Shown here: positions 1-8,149 of the stretch, in pieces | Layout: each line of letters begins with the position of its first letter | Position numbering within the stretch: position 1 is the first letter of the stretch | DNA from: Minisyncoccota bacterium | GTDB taxonomy: Bacteria > Patescibacteriota > Minisyncoccia > Phycocordibacterales > UBA9973 | Assembly (NCBI GenBank): GCA_041650615.1 | Contig: JBAZKU010000001.1 | Coordinates: 249,216-313,215, forward strand | Length of the DNA stretch: 64,000 nt | Reading direction: 5' to 3' | The notes under the pieces: generated by a model | Told to the model about the DNA's origin: nothing | Seen by the model: only the letters and a program-made list of their open reading frames with translations | The model's database searches: none | Position numbers and translations under genes: made by a program

Positions 1-1842
1 TATCCTTACAATATAGGCGATAGAATTTCTAAAATGATTCCAATGGGTTCGCAAGGAATGCCTATGACCATAGACCATGCCATGGAAATCGTTCCCGAAT
101 TAAAAGATGCATACAAAACCGAGAAAGATACAAAAATAATAATAGATTTGGCAAAAAAATTGGAGGGATGCGTTAGGCATATTTCGGTGCATGCTGCCGG
201 AGTGGTGATTGCCCCGAAACCTCTTTATGAATATGTGCCTACCCAATTTGACCCCAAGGGCGGAAAAATAATTACTCAATATGATATGTACAGCGTTGAG
301 GACGCGGGACTATTAAAATTTGATTTTCTGGGCATTAGAAATTTAGCCATATTGGGAGATGCCATAAGTTTGGTAAAAAGATTCTATGATATAAATATAG
401 ATATAGAGCGTATCCCGCTTGATGATAAAAAGACTTTTGCCCTGTTGGCCTCCGGTCAAACGGAAGGGCTTTTTCAATTAAACGGAGCCGGAATGACAAG
501 ATATTTAAAGGAACTCAGGCCCACTTCTATTCATGATATCAACGCCATGGTGGCGCTTTATCGTCCCGGACCGATGGAATCAATTCCGGAATATATTAAG
601 CGCAAGCATGACAGAAAACTTGTAAAATATTTGGACCCGCGAATGAAAAAATTCTTGGGTGAATCATATGGATTAATTGTCTATCAAGATGACCTGCTTT
701 TTTGCGCCATAGAACTGGCCGGTTACAACTGGGAAGAAGCAGATAAATTCCGCAAGGCCGTCGGAAAGAAAATTCCAAAAGAAATGGCAGCGCAGAGAGA
801 AAAATTTACCAAAGGTATCATTTCAAACGGGCAAACTCCGGAATTTGCCGAAAAGCTCTGGAAAATTTTTGAACCGTTTCAAGCTTACGGTTTCAACAAA
901 GCGCATGCGGCCAGTTATGGCAGAGTTGCCTATCAAACAGCTTATATGAAAGCGAATTATCCCGTTGAATATATGACCGCCATTCTTACTGCTGAGTCCG
1001 GGGATGTGGAAAAAATATCCGAGATAATTAATGAATGTAAAAATATGAATATTCCGGTTCTGCCCCCAAATATCAATGAAAGCTATGGCGGTTTTACGGT
1101 GATAAGAAATAATACAAAATCGGAAAAAATACGATTCGGCCTTTACACCATTAAAAATCTGGGTACCGATATTGCCGATTCTATCATAGCCGAGAGAAAG
1201 ACAAACGGAAAATTCAAATCAATCACTGATTTTCTGAACAGAATCAAACATAAAAATTTAAATAAAAAATCCATGGAAGCGCTGATTAAATCAGGCAGTA
1301 TGGATGAATGGGGTGACCGAGGAGTTTTTCTCTTTAATCTTGAAGATATGCTTTTGTATCATAAAGAATCTTCCAATAGAAATGAAAATCAGACTTCTCT
1401 TTTTGGTGAATTGCCTCAATCTCAAATTTCATCTTTCAAATTAAAAGACGCCCCTTCGGCAACTCAAGCTGAAAAATTGCTTTGGGAAAAAGAGTTATTA
1501 GGGCTTTATATTTCAGGACATCCGTTGGATCGCATCCGCGAAAAATTGGAAAGCCGTGACATAAATATCAAAAAAATAAAAGAAAAAATCGGTAATGGTA
1601 TGCAAATAACCATCGCCGGAATAATAGAAACTTCAAGACCAGTTATTACCAAAAACAATGACCGAATGGCATTTTTAAAAATCTCGGATTTGACTGGTTC
1701 TATAGAAGCTGTGGCTTTTCCAAATATTTTTAAAGAATCCATTGACATTCTAGTTCCCGAAAAATGCATTGCTTTTTCCGGCAAAGTCTCTCTCCGCAAC
1801 GGTGAAAAAAGCATTATTATAGAAGCAGTGAAAGAGATATAG
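1..1842 (+). CDS. dnaE: DNA polymerase III alpha subunit, C-terminal portion (5' end lies outside the window)
   Basis: ORF 34..1842 translation contains the DnaE signature GLFQLNGAGMTRYL...ALYRPGP and an OB-fold tail; the reading frame is open back to position 1. Confidence 0.85.
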   Translation, partial: YPYNIGDRISKMIPMGSQGMPMTIDHAMEIVPELKDAYKTEKDTKIIIDLAKKLEGCVRHISVHAAGVVIAPKPLYEYVPTQFDPKGGKIITQYDMYSVEDAGLLKFDFLGIRNLAILGDAISLVKRFYDINIDIERIPLDDKKTFALLASGQTEGLFQLNGAGMTRYLKELRPTSIHDINAMVALYRPGPMESIPEYIKRKHDRKLVKYLDPRMKKFLGESYGLIVYQDDLLFCAIELAGYNWEEADKFRKAVGKKIPKEMAAQREKFTKGIISNGQTPEFAEKLWKIFEPFQAYGFNKAHAASYGRVAYQTAYMKANYPVEYMTAILTAESGDVEKISEIINECKNMNIPVLPPNINESYGGFTVIRNNTKSEKIRFGLYTIKNLGTDIADSIIAERKTNGKFKSITDFLNRIKHKNLNKKSMEALIKSGSMDEWGDRGVFLFNLEDMLLYHKESSNRNENQTSLFGELPQSQISSFKLKDAPSATQAEKLLWEKELLGLYISGHPLDRIREKLESRDINIKKIKEKIGNGMQITIAGIIETSRPVITKNNDRMAFLKISDLTGSIEAVAFPNIFKESIDILVPEKCIAFSGKVSLRNGEKSIIIEAVKEI

Positions 1843-1891
1843 AAACGAAAAAATCCACTTGCGCAGATTTTTTCGTTTGCAATAAGTGGAT

Positions 1892-2299
1892 TTAATATCC
1901 TCTAATATATTTTTTAAACATGAGTTTCATCTCAATCATGCTTAAATTGTTAAACTCAGCCGGTACTAATTTTATTAGATACTGTTGCATTTTAATCCTT
2001 TGTTTCAGATTTAAACGAAGAATTAAAGAAGCTAAAAAAGACCCACCGAGAAAAAACAACATCATACTTACAAACATAATTACAAATTTTGTTGTTGTCT
2101 CGCTTTCTAAAGTTAATTTAAAACAAAAAGCAACAATCAAAAAAAGAAAAAGTGAAAAGAAAATTTGTAAATCCATAAAAAACGGATTCCAAAATTTTTT
2201 TTCAAATAATTTATCTTTGCCCCAAAAAAGGCAGACAAGAGACCCCAAAGAAAATAAAAAGGATGCTCCATATAAAAGACCGAAGAAAAAATTAAGCAT
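1892..2299 (-). CDS. hypothetical multi-pass membrane protein
   Basis: Hydrophobic segments (FLFSLGSLVCLFW, FFSLFLFLIVAFCF, FVSMMLFFLGGSFLASLIL). The overlapping + strand ORF is lysine-rich low complexity and probably spurious. Confidence 0.35.
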   Translation of the reverse strand: MLNFFFGLLYGASFLFSLGSLVCLFWGKDKLFEKKFWNPFFMDLQIFFSLFLFLIVAFCFKLTLESETTTKFVIMFVSMMLFFLGGSFLASLILRLNLKQRIKMQQYLIKLVPAEFNNLSMIEMKLMFKKYIRGY

Positions 2300-2427
2300 G
2301 ACGACTCTCCTCTAGTTAGTGAAAATATGTTTATTTCAATATACTAAATCATGTTTAGTATAACATATATAAAATAAAATATCAAGCAGAATTAGTGGTC
2401 TTCTTATTTCCTGTAACGTATAACCCT

Positions 2428-3159
2428 ACCCCATAGGTCTTGCCTATGGGGTACACCTCTGCTATATTTATATTATGTCTATAAGAAAAGTAGATTTTTC
2501 AGTAAATGAGTATTATCATCTCTACAACCGTGGGAATAGTAAACAAATAATTTTCAAAGACGAACAAGATTATAATCACTTTATGAAGTTACTTTTTTTG
2601 TGCAATTCTCAGAAAAGTATTGTGTATAGAGATATTTCAAAAAATACTTTTGATTTTGATCGAGAAGAAACTTTAGTTCATATAGGCGCGTATTGTCTTA
2701 TGCCAAATCATTTTCACCTACTAGTTAAAGAAGAGGTGGAAAATGGGATAAGCAGATTTATGCAAAAACTCACAACCGCTTACGTAATGTATTACAATAA
2801 AAAATATAAAAGAACTGGTGCACTATTTGAAGGAAAATTTAAATCTCAACATATTAGTATTGACAGATATATGAAATATTTATTTTCATATATACATTTA
2901 AATCCTATAAAACTAATTGAATCTGGTTGGAAAGAAAAAGGAATAAAAAACACAGAAAATGCTCTCAGGTATTTAAAAGCCTATCAATACTCAAGTTATC
3001 TAGATTACTTAAAAGAAGATCGTATTAAAAGAAAAATTCTTAATAAAAAAGAATTTCCTAAATATTTTTCATCTAAAAATTCTTTTGAAAGAGAGATCTT
3101 AGATTGGCTAAAATATAAAAAACAATAAGCCTTACCCCATAGGCAAGACCTATGGGGCT
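2428..3159 (+). mobile_element. RAYT/IS200-like unit: transposase gene flanked by inverted REP-like hairpins (ccccatagg-tcttg-cctatgggg / ccccatagg-caaga-cctatgggg)
   Basis: Perfect 9-bp stems at 2430..2452 and 3135..3157. The right hairpin is the reverse complement of the left one. Confidence 0.5.
2475..3128 (+). CDS. IS200/IS605-family Y1 HUH transposase (RAYT-like)
   Basis: HuH motif in 'CLMPNHFHLLV', a Tyr-rich segment 'AYVMYYNKKYKRTGALFEGKF', and the N-terminal 'YHLYNRGN' typical of the Y1_Tnp / REP-associated tyrosine transposase fold. Flanked by inverted hairpins. Confidence 0.6.
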   Translation: MSIRKVDFSVNEYYHLYNRGNSKQIIFKDEQDYNHFMKLLFLCNSQKSIVYRDISKNTFDFDREETLVHIGAYCLMPNHFHLLVKEEVENGISRFMQKLTTAYVMYYNKKYKRTGALFEGKFKSQHISIDRYMKYLFSYIHLNPIKLIESGWKEKGIKNTENALRYLKAYQYSSYLDYLKEDRIKRKILNKKEFPKYFSSKNSFEREILDWLKYKKQ

Positions 3160-3194
3160 ACATAGAGGCAGTGAAAGAGATATAAAGAAACTAA

Positions 3195-3467
3195 CTAACT
3201 TTCTAATTTTATTCGCGTAGCCAATTCATTATCTATTCCATTGATTTGTTTTTTTAAGACTAAAATTTTATTTTCAATTTCTTTTTTAGTTTCTTGATAA
3301 TTCATTTGCTGTCCCCTAATTACTGTATCTGATTGTTTACTCATAAGACTTTCAAGTTGCATTTGCAGAGCATTAAGTTCTTCTGAGAGTTTATCTTTTT
3401 TTTTACTTAATTCCTCAAACTCATCAATATTTCTATCTTCAATTCCTAATACTAGTCCTTCACTCAT
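3195..3467 (-). CDS. hypothetical small coiled-coil protein
   Basis: 90-aa ORF, charged heptad-like sequence; no recognisable domain. Confidence 0.3.
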   Translation of the reverse strand: MSEGLVLGIEDRNIDEFEELSKKKDKLSEELNALQMQLESLMSKQSDTVIRGQQMNYQETKKEIENKILVLKKQINGIDNELATRIKLES

Positions 3468-3480
3468 ATATTTTTAAAAA

Positions 3481-4011
3481 TTAATTATAAAGACTCATCG
3501 CTTTTTCTTTACCTTCGGTAAAAATAACTTCCAAAGCCTCGACGACTTTTTTGGAAAGTTTTTTCAATGTTTCCAGTTCATTTTTTTTATATTCGCCAAG
3601 TAAGAATTTCAACACTGCTTTTTCCCCTTTCGGTTTTCGTATTTTCCCGGACGGAGTAGCCGGTGAGGTGCCAATCCTGATGCGCAAGAATTCTTCTGAT
3701 TTCAGAGCTTTGATAATAGAACCCAAACCATTGTGTCCCCCGGAAGATCTATTAAAAGAAATTTTCATTTTTCCTATTGGTAGATCAATATCATCGTAAA
3801 TCACAACAAGATCTTTTAAATCTTTCTTGGATTTTATCAAGGGGGCAATTACCTTGCCTGAATTATTCATAAATTTATCCGGAAACACAAACTTAACCTT
3901 ATCTTTAAGTTTTAATTTTTTCTCAACCATCCCAAGCATAATAAAACCGGTATTATGCCTGGTATTTTCATATTCTTTGCCTGGATTTCCCAAACCAACG
4001 ACTAATTTCAT
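3481..4011 (-). CDS. pth: peptidyl-tRNA hydrolase
   Basis: MKLVVGLGNPGKEYENTRHNTGF... is the canonical Pth N-terminus; size about 176 aa. Confidence 0.85.
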   Translation of the reverse strand: MKLVVGLGNPGKEYENTRHNTGFIMLGMVEKKLKLKDKVKFVFPDKFMNNSGKVIAPLIKSKKDLKDLVVIYDDIDLPIGKMKISFNRSSGGHNGLGSIIKALKSEEFLRIRIGTSPATPSGKIRKPKGEKAVLKFLLGEYKKNELETLKKLSKKVVEALEVIFTEGKEKAMSLYN

Positions 4012-4132
4012 ATATTGTAAATAATAGCACTAATAGTCCTCTCCTGCCAAGAGGAGAATTTGGGAAAGGTTTAATTTACTAAAAAACAATTATCTCCTTC
4101 GTGTCAAGACTTTTCTGTGTTAAAATACATAC

Positions 4133-4729
4133 ATGAATGAAGAAAAAACAAAGCCTGCCTCGCCAAGTCAAGGCGGAGATAAATTCACTAAACAGTCGTT
4201 TTGGGAGCTTGTGCGTTTTGTGTTAATAGCCATAGCTATAGTCATTCCTATCCGTATGTTCATAGCTCAGCCTTTTATAGTCTCAGGTTCTTCTATGGAC
4301 CCCACGTTTGAGGACGGACAATATTTAATAATAGATGAAATATCTTACAGATTAAACAATCCGCAAAGAAATGACGTTGTAGTTTTTAGATATCCGAACG
4401 ACCCGACAAAATTCTTTATCAAAAGAATAATTGGACTGCCGAATGAAACAGTAGATATAAAAGGCACAGTAATTACCATAACCAATAAGGAAAATCCGGA
4501 GGGATTTATTCTTGACCAATCTTATATAAAAAATGCCGTGGAAAGTAATACGCATCTTGAACTGAAAAATGACGAGTATTTCGTGATGGGAGATAATAGG
4601 TCTGCCAGTTCCGATTCAAGATATTGGGGCGCAGTACCCAAAAATCTCCTGATAGGAAAAGTATTTTTACGCTTATTGCCAATAAGTGAGATAGGTATAT
4701 TGCCGGGCGATTATAAAAAAACTGAGTAA
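4133..4729 (+). CDS. lepB: signal peptidase I (bacterial LepB type)
   Basis: SGSSMDPTF (Ser box), RIIGLPNETV, GDNRSASSDSRYWG boxes; N-terminal TM. Confidence 0.85.
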   Translation: MNEEKTKPASPSQGGDKFTKQSFWELVRFVLIAIAIVIPIRMFIAQPFIVSGSSMDPTFEDGQYLIIDEISYRLNNPQRNDVVVFRYPNDPTKFFIKRIIGLPNETVDIKGTVITITNKENPEGFILDQSYIKNAVESNTHLELKNDEYFVMGDNRSASSDSRYWGAVPKNLLIGKVFLRLLPISEIGILPGDYKKTE

Positions 4730-4733
4730 AGAT

Positions 4734-6035
4734 ATGAAAACAAAAAATACTAAAACTAAGACAAAAAATCTGTCATCGCCGAAAGGAATGCGGGATATTA
4801 TTAATGAAGAATATTACAACTTTCAAGGTTTTTTTGAAAAGGCGCAAGAGGTAGCCGTGTATTATGGTTTTAAGCCTATTGAGACTCCAATGTTAGAGCA
4901 TACAGAAGTCTTTACTTCAGGTATCGGCGAAGGGACAGATATAGTGGATAAAGAAATGTATACGCTTAAAACTAAAGGCGGAGACCATTTGGCGCTAAGG
5001 CCGGAACATACAGCGTCATTAATACGTTCTTATATTGAACATGGGATGCAAAATATGCCTCAACCTGTAATGTTTTATCAATATGGCCCTGCTTTTCGGC
5101 ACGACAATCCCCAGCGCGGACGCTACAGACAATTTTGGCAATTTGACTTGGATTCTTTGGGAAGCGATAAAAGTATCGTGGATGCGCTTGTAATAAAGGT
5201 GGGTATGAGTATTTTAGAAGAAGCCGGAGCTACTAATCTATCTGTGGATATTAATTCCATTGGCGACAAAGAATGCAGACATGCGTATATTAAAGAACTT
5301 ACCAGTTATTATAGAAAACATATAAATAATTTGGCCCATATTGACCGTGAACGCTTAAAAACGAATCCCCTTCGCATCTTGGATTCAAAAGAAGAAAAAA
5401 CAATGGAAGTAAATGTAAATGCGCCGGATTCCATAAGTTTTCTCTGTCCTTCTTGCAAAAAGCATTTTAAGGAAGTATTGGAATACTTGGAAGAAATGAA
5501 TATTCCCTACAATTTGAATAAAAATTTGGTGAGAGGACTTTCCTATTATACTCGCACTGTTTTTGAGGTAATTGAAGAAAAGGGCGGAGAAGATGGAACG
5601 ACATTAACCTTAGCTGGTGGCGGACGTTATGATTATCTCGCTCATCAACTCGGCAGTAAAAAAGATGTGCCGGCAGTGGGTTTTTCAATCGGAGTAGATA
5701 GAATTATTTCAGCTCCTTGGTATAAAAAACTCTGCCCTCGCATAATAAAAAAGCCAAAAATCTATTTTATTCAGTTGGGTTCTGAAGCAAAACTTAAAAG
5801 TTTGAATATAATAGAAATATTGCGCAAGGCGCATGTTCCTATTGCTCAGTCTATTTCAAAGGATAGTCTTGGCTCTCAATTAGCAATCGCTGAAAAATTA
5901 AATATCCCTTACGCGCTTATCTTTGGAGCAAAAGAAGCTATTGATAATTCGGTAATCGTGCGTGATATGTCTAATAGGTCTCAAGAAACCGTAAAATTAA
6001 ATAAACTTTTGGAATATTTAAAAGAGATCAAATAA
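4734..6035 (+). CDS. hisS: histidyl-tRNA synthetase
   Basis: LRPEHTASL, YQYGPAFRHDNPQRGRYRQFWQFD, GGGRYD class II HisRS motifs. Confidence 0.9.
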   Translation: MKTKNTKTKTKNLSSPKGMRDIINEEYYNFQGFFEKAQEVAVYYGFKPIETPMLEHTEVFTSGIGEGTDIVDKEMYTLKTKGGDHLALRPEHTASLIRSYIEHGMQNMPQPVMFYQYGPAFRHDNPQRGRYRQFWQFDLDSLGSDKSIVDALVIKVGMSILEEAGATNLSVDINSIGDKECRHAYIKELTSYYRKHINNLAHIDRERLKTNPLRILDSKEEKTMEVNVNAPDSISFLCPSCKKHFKEVLEYLEEMNIPYNLNKNLVRGLSYYTRTVFEVIEEKGGEDGTTLTLAGGGRYDYLAHQLGSKKDVPAVGFSIGVDRIISAPWYKKLCPRIIKKPKIYFIQLGSEAKLKSLNIIEILRKAHVPIAQSISKDSLGSQLAIAEKLNIPYALIFGAKEAIDNSVIVRDMSNRSQETVKLNKLLEYLKEIK

Positions 6036-6043
6036 AAATGAAT

Positions 6044-6152
6044 CCCGTTAGAGGCCGCGGTCGCATACGGGAACAAAGAGATAAAAATATATTATAAGAT
6101 TAATTTATAGACAGGAAAGGTTTTAAGGCGAACGCGACCTGCCTCTAACGGG
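6044..6152 (+). mobile_element. MITE-like inverted-repeat element (TIR CCCGTTAGAG ... CTCTAACGGG) inserted exactly at the def start codon; flanking 6-bp direct repeats ATGAAT / ATGAAA
   Basis: 13-bp near-perfect terminal inverted repeats plus inner stem; the same TIR family occurs at 11839..11956 and 63665..63741. Confidence 0.45.
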
Positions 6153-6686
6153 ATGAAAGAAATAGTTCAAAAAAATGATAAAGTTTTGCGCAGGAATGTA
6201 AAAGAAGTGCCGATAGATGAAATCAAAACTCCTAAAATAAAAAAAATATTAAAAGAGATGTCGGATGCGTTAAAAGACCAAAGCGATGGTGTAGCCATTG
6301 CAGCGCCGCAAATAGGATATTCCTTGGCGATTTTTGTTGTCTCGGGGAAAATTTTTTATAAAGATTTTATTAGAGGAGGAATAGAGTTTGAAAAAATACC
6401 CAAAAGAGAAATTCCCAAGGATTTGATTTTTATTAATCCGAAAATTTCAAAATTGTCCCGTGAAAAAGATTGGCTATTGGAAGGCTGTCTTTCCGTGAGA
6501 TGGTTATACGGAAAAACCCATAGATCAAAAAAGGCAATGATTACGGCTTATGACGAAAATGGCAAAAAATTTCAAAGAGGCGCCTCCGGTCTTTTAGCTC
6601 AAATTTTCCAACATGAAACAGACCATCTAAAAGGTGTGCTTTTTATAGACCACGCCAAGGAAATAAGGGAAGAATTACCTAAATAA
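6153..6686 (+). CDS. def: peptide deformylase
   Basis: GVAIAAPQIGY, EGCLSV, QHETDHLKG metal-binding motifs. Confidence 0.9.
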   Translation: MKEIVQKNDKVLRRNVKEVPIDEIKTPKIKKILKEMSDALKDQSDGVAIAAPQIGYSLAIFVVSGKIFYKDFIRGGIEFEKIPKREIPKDLIFINPKISKLSREKDWLLEGCLSVRWLYGKTHRSKKAMITAYDENGKKFQRGASGLLAQIFQHETDHLKGVLFIDHAKEIREELPK

Positions 6687-6687
6687 A

Positions 6688-7620
6688 ATGAATAATAAAA
6701 TAAATTTTGTATTTTGGGGAACACCGGATGTAGCATCAGAAACTCTGGAAATTCTTAAAGAAAATGGCTTTATGCCATCGCTTATTATTACTTCGCCTGA
6801 TAAACCACAAGGGCGTAAAATGGTTATAACTCCCCCGCCGGTAAAAGTTTGGGCAATTGAAAATAAGATTTCATATTTACAACCGGAGATCCTATCCGGC
6901 AAGGATTCTACTTTTATCGGGTCGCTGTCTGTGCCTACTGGCACAGCGCTGCCTCTCGGCTCGTCAGCCTGCGAGACACCCGCTAAAAGTAAATCCTTGC
7001 CGGATTTGTTTTTGGTTGTCGCCTATGGGAAAATAATTCCGGAAGATATTTTGAATATACCCAAACTAGGTTCTATAAATATTCATTATTCATTACTGCC
7101 AAAGTATCGCGGAGCTTCACCTGTGGAATCGGCTATTTTAAACGGAGATACAGAAACAGGCATTTCTATTCAAAAAATGGAATATAAAATGGACACCGGT
7201 CCGATTATTGCCCAAGAAAAAGTAGAAATAGGGCCGGACGAAAAAGCGCCTGAACTGCGCAAACGCCTAATAAAAATCGGGGGAGAACTTTTAGTAAAAA
7301 CTTTGCCGGATTTTATAGATGGAAAAACTAAATTGATTCCGCAAAGCGAGAACGAAGCCACTTATTGCAAGAAAATAAAAAAGGAAGATGGGCTTGTTGA
7401 CTTGGAGGCCTTGCCTCCAAGTGAGCTATATAACAAATTTCGCGCTTATGCCACTTGGCCCAGAACTTTTTTCTTTAAACCTGCCCGCAATGCTTCGCAT
7501 AGCGATGCAGGCGGGAATGGAAAAAGAATAATAATTACCGATGCTAAATTAGAAAATGGAGAATTTAAAATTCTAAAAATCATTCCTGAAGGAGGAAAAG
7601 AGACAAAATACGAAGGATAA
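6688..7620 (+). CDS. fmt: methionyl-tRNA formyltransferase (carries a 36-aa in-frame insertion)
   Basis: FWGTPDVA..., VVAYGKIIP, NIHYSLLPKYRGASPV, C-terminal Fmt domain. Confidence 0.9.
   Translation: MNNKINFVFWGTPDVASETLEILKENGFMPSLIITSPDKPQGRKMVITPPPVKVWAIENKISYLQPEILSGKDSTFIGSLSVPTGTALPLGSSACETPAKSKSLPDLFLVVAYGKIIPEDILNIPKLGSINIHYSLLPKYRGASPVESAILNGDTETGISIQKMEYKMDTGPIIAQEKVEIGPDEKAPELRKRLIKIGGELLVKTLPDFIDGKTKLIPQSENEATYCKKIKKEDGLVDLEALPPSELYNKFRAYATWPRTFFFKPARNASHSDAGGNGKRIIITDAKLENGEFKILKIIPEGGKETKYEG
6896..7003 (+). repeat. 108-bp GC-rich palindromic element inserted in-frame in fmt (outer stem CCGGCAAGGATT/AATCCTTGCCGG); paralogous copy in tgt
   Basis: Core gggtcgctgtct...agcgctgcctctcg...gcgagacaccc is shared with 56921..57028; both copies are exactly 108 bp and encode FIGSLS...ALPL...CETP. 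Confidence 0.6.
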
Positions 7621-7628
7621 TCCTTCGT
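7610..7628. terminator. hairpin acgaaggat-a-atccttcgt between convergent fmt and hpf, overlapping the fmt stop; a second copy lies at 20489..20507
   Basis: Perfect 9-bp stem; U-rich on the minus strand side. Confidence 0.4.
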
Positions 7629-7633
7629 AAAAA

Positions 7634-8032
7634 CTAGTATTTAGAGGTAAAAGGATTCCTGTTTGAAAGACCTTTTAACATTTTTTTAACGCTAGAAGCT
7701 CCCCTTCTGAATAAAGTTTGCCTGCGGTCTTTGTTTTTCCTAATTTCATTAAAAAGACTTTCTTTTATTTCATCAATCGCTTGATATAAATCTTCTTTAT
7801 CGGAACTGGCATAAAATTCTTTTCCGCCTATTTTTATCAAGCAGTCTGAATGAAAAACAACGCCTGACTTGTGATGTTTGGTGCTTTTCCCAACTTCAAA
7901 ATTAACCATTGCTTCTCCTCCGCTTGCCTCCATTGAAGAAAGCAGTTTTTCCAGATTAGTGACCCTTTTTGAAACATAATCCTTGATAGCCTCTGTAAGC
8001 TCAAAATTTTTCCCTTGTAGATTTATTTTCAT
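7634..8032 (-). CDS. hpf: ribosome hibernation promoting factor / RaiA family
   Basis: MKINLQGKNFELTEAIKDYV...EVGKSTKHHKSGVVFHSD is a typical sigma-54 modulation / YfiA fold sequence. Confidence 0.8.
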   Translation of the reverse strand: MKINLQGKNFELTEAIKDYVSKRVTNLEKLLSSMEASGGEAMVNFEVGKSTKHHKSGVVFHSDCLIKIGGKEFYASSDKEDLYQAIDEIKESLFNEIRKNKDRRQTLFRRGASSVKKMLKGLSNRNPFTSKY

Positions 8033-8149
8033 CCCAGTACTAAAATTTTAATTAATAATCTTTATCTTTATGCCCCGTAATCAAAAATTTAGTACGGGAC
8101 AGGTATATTTATACTATCATAAAACATATTACATGAAGTATTGATTAAT

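Noticed and set aside
1920-2315. + strand 131-aa ORF opposite the membrane-protein ORF
   Set aside because: Lys/Arg-rich low-complexity translation of A-rich DNA. The antisense partner has clear TM helices and is the more plausible gene, though neither is certain.
4021-4060. Hairpin tctcct-gccaag-aggaga between pth and lepB as another REP copy
   Set aside because: The loop and stem sequences are unrelated to the TAGGCAAGACCTA family. It is more likely a simple divergent-promoter region structure.
6896-7003. Mini-intein or programmed frameshift explanation for the fmt/tgt inserts
   Set aside because: 36 aa is far too short for an intein and there are no splicing junction residues (C/S...HN). 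The reading frame is continuous, so no frameshift is needed.
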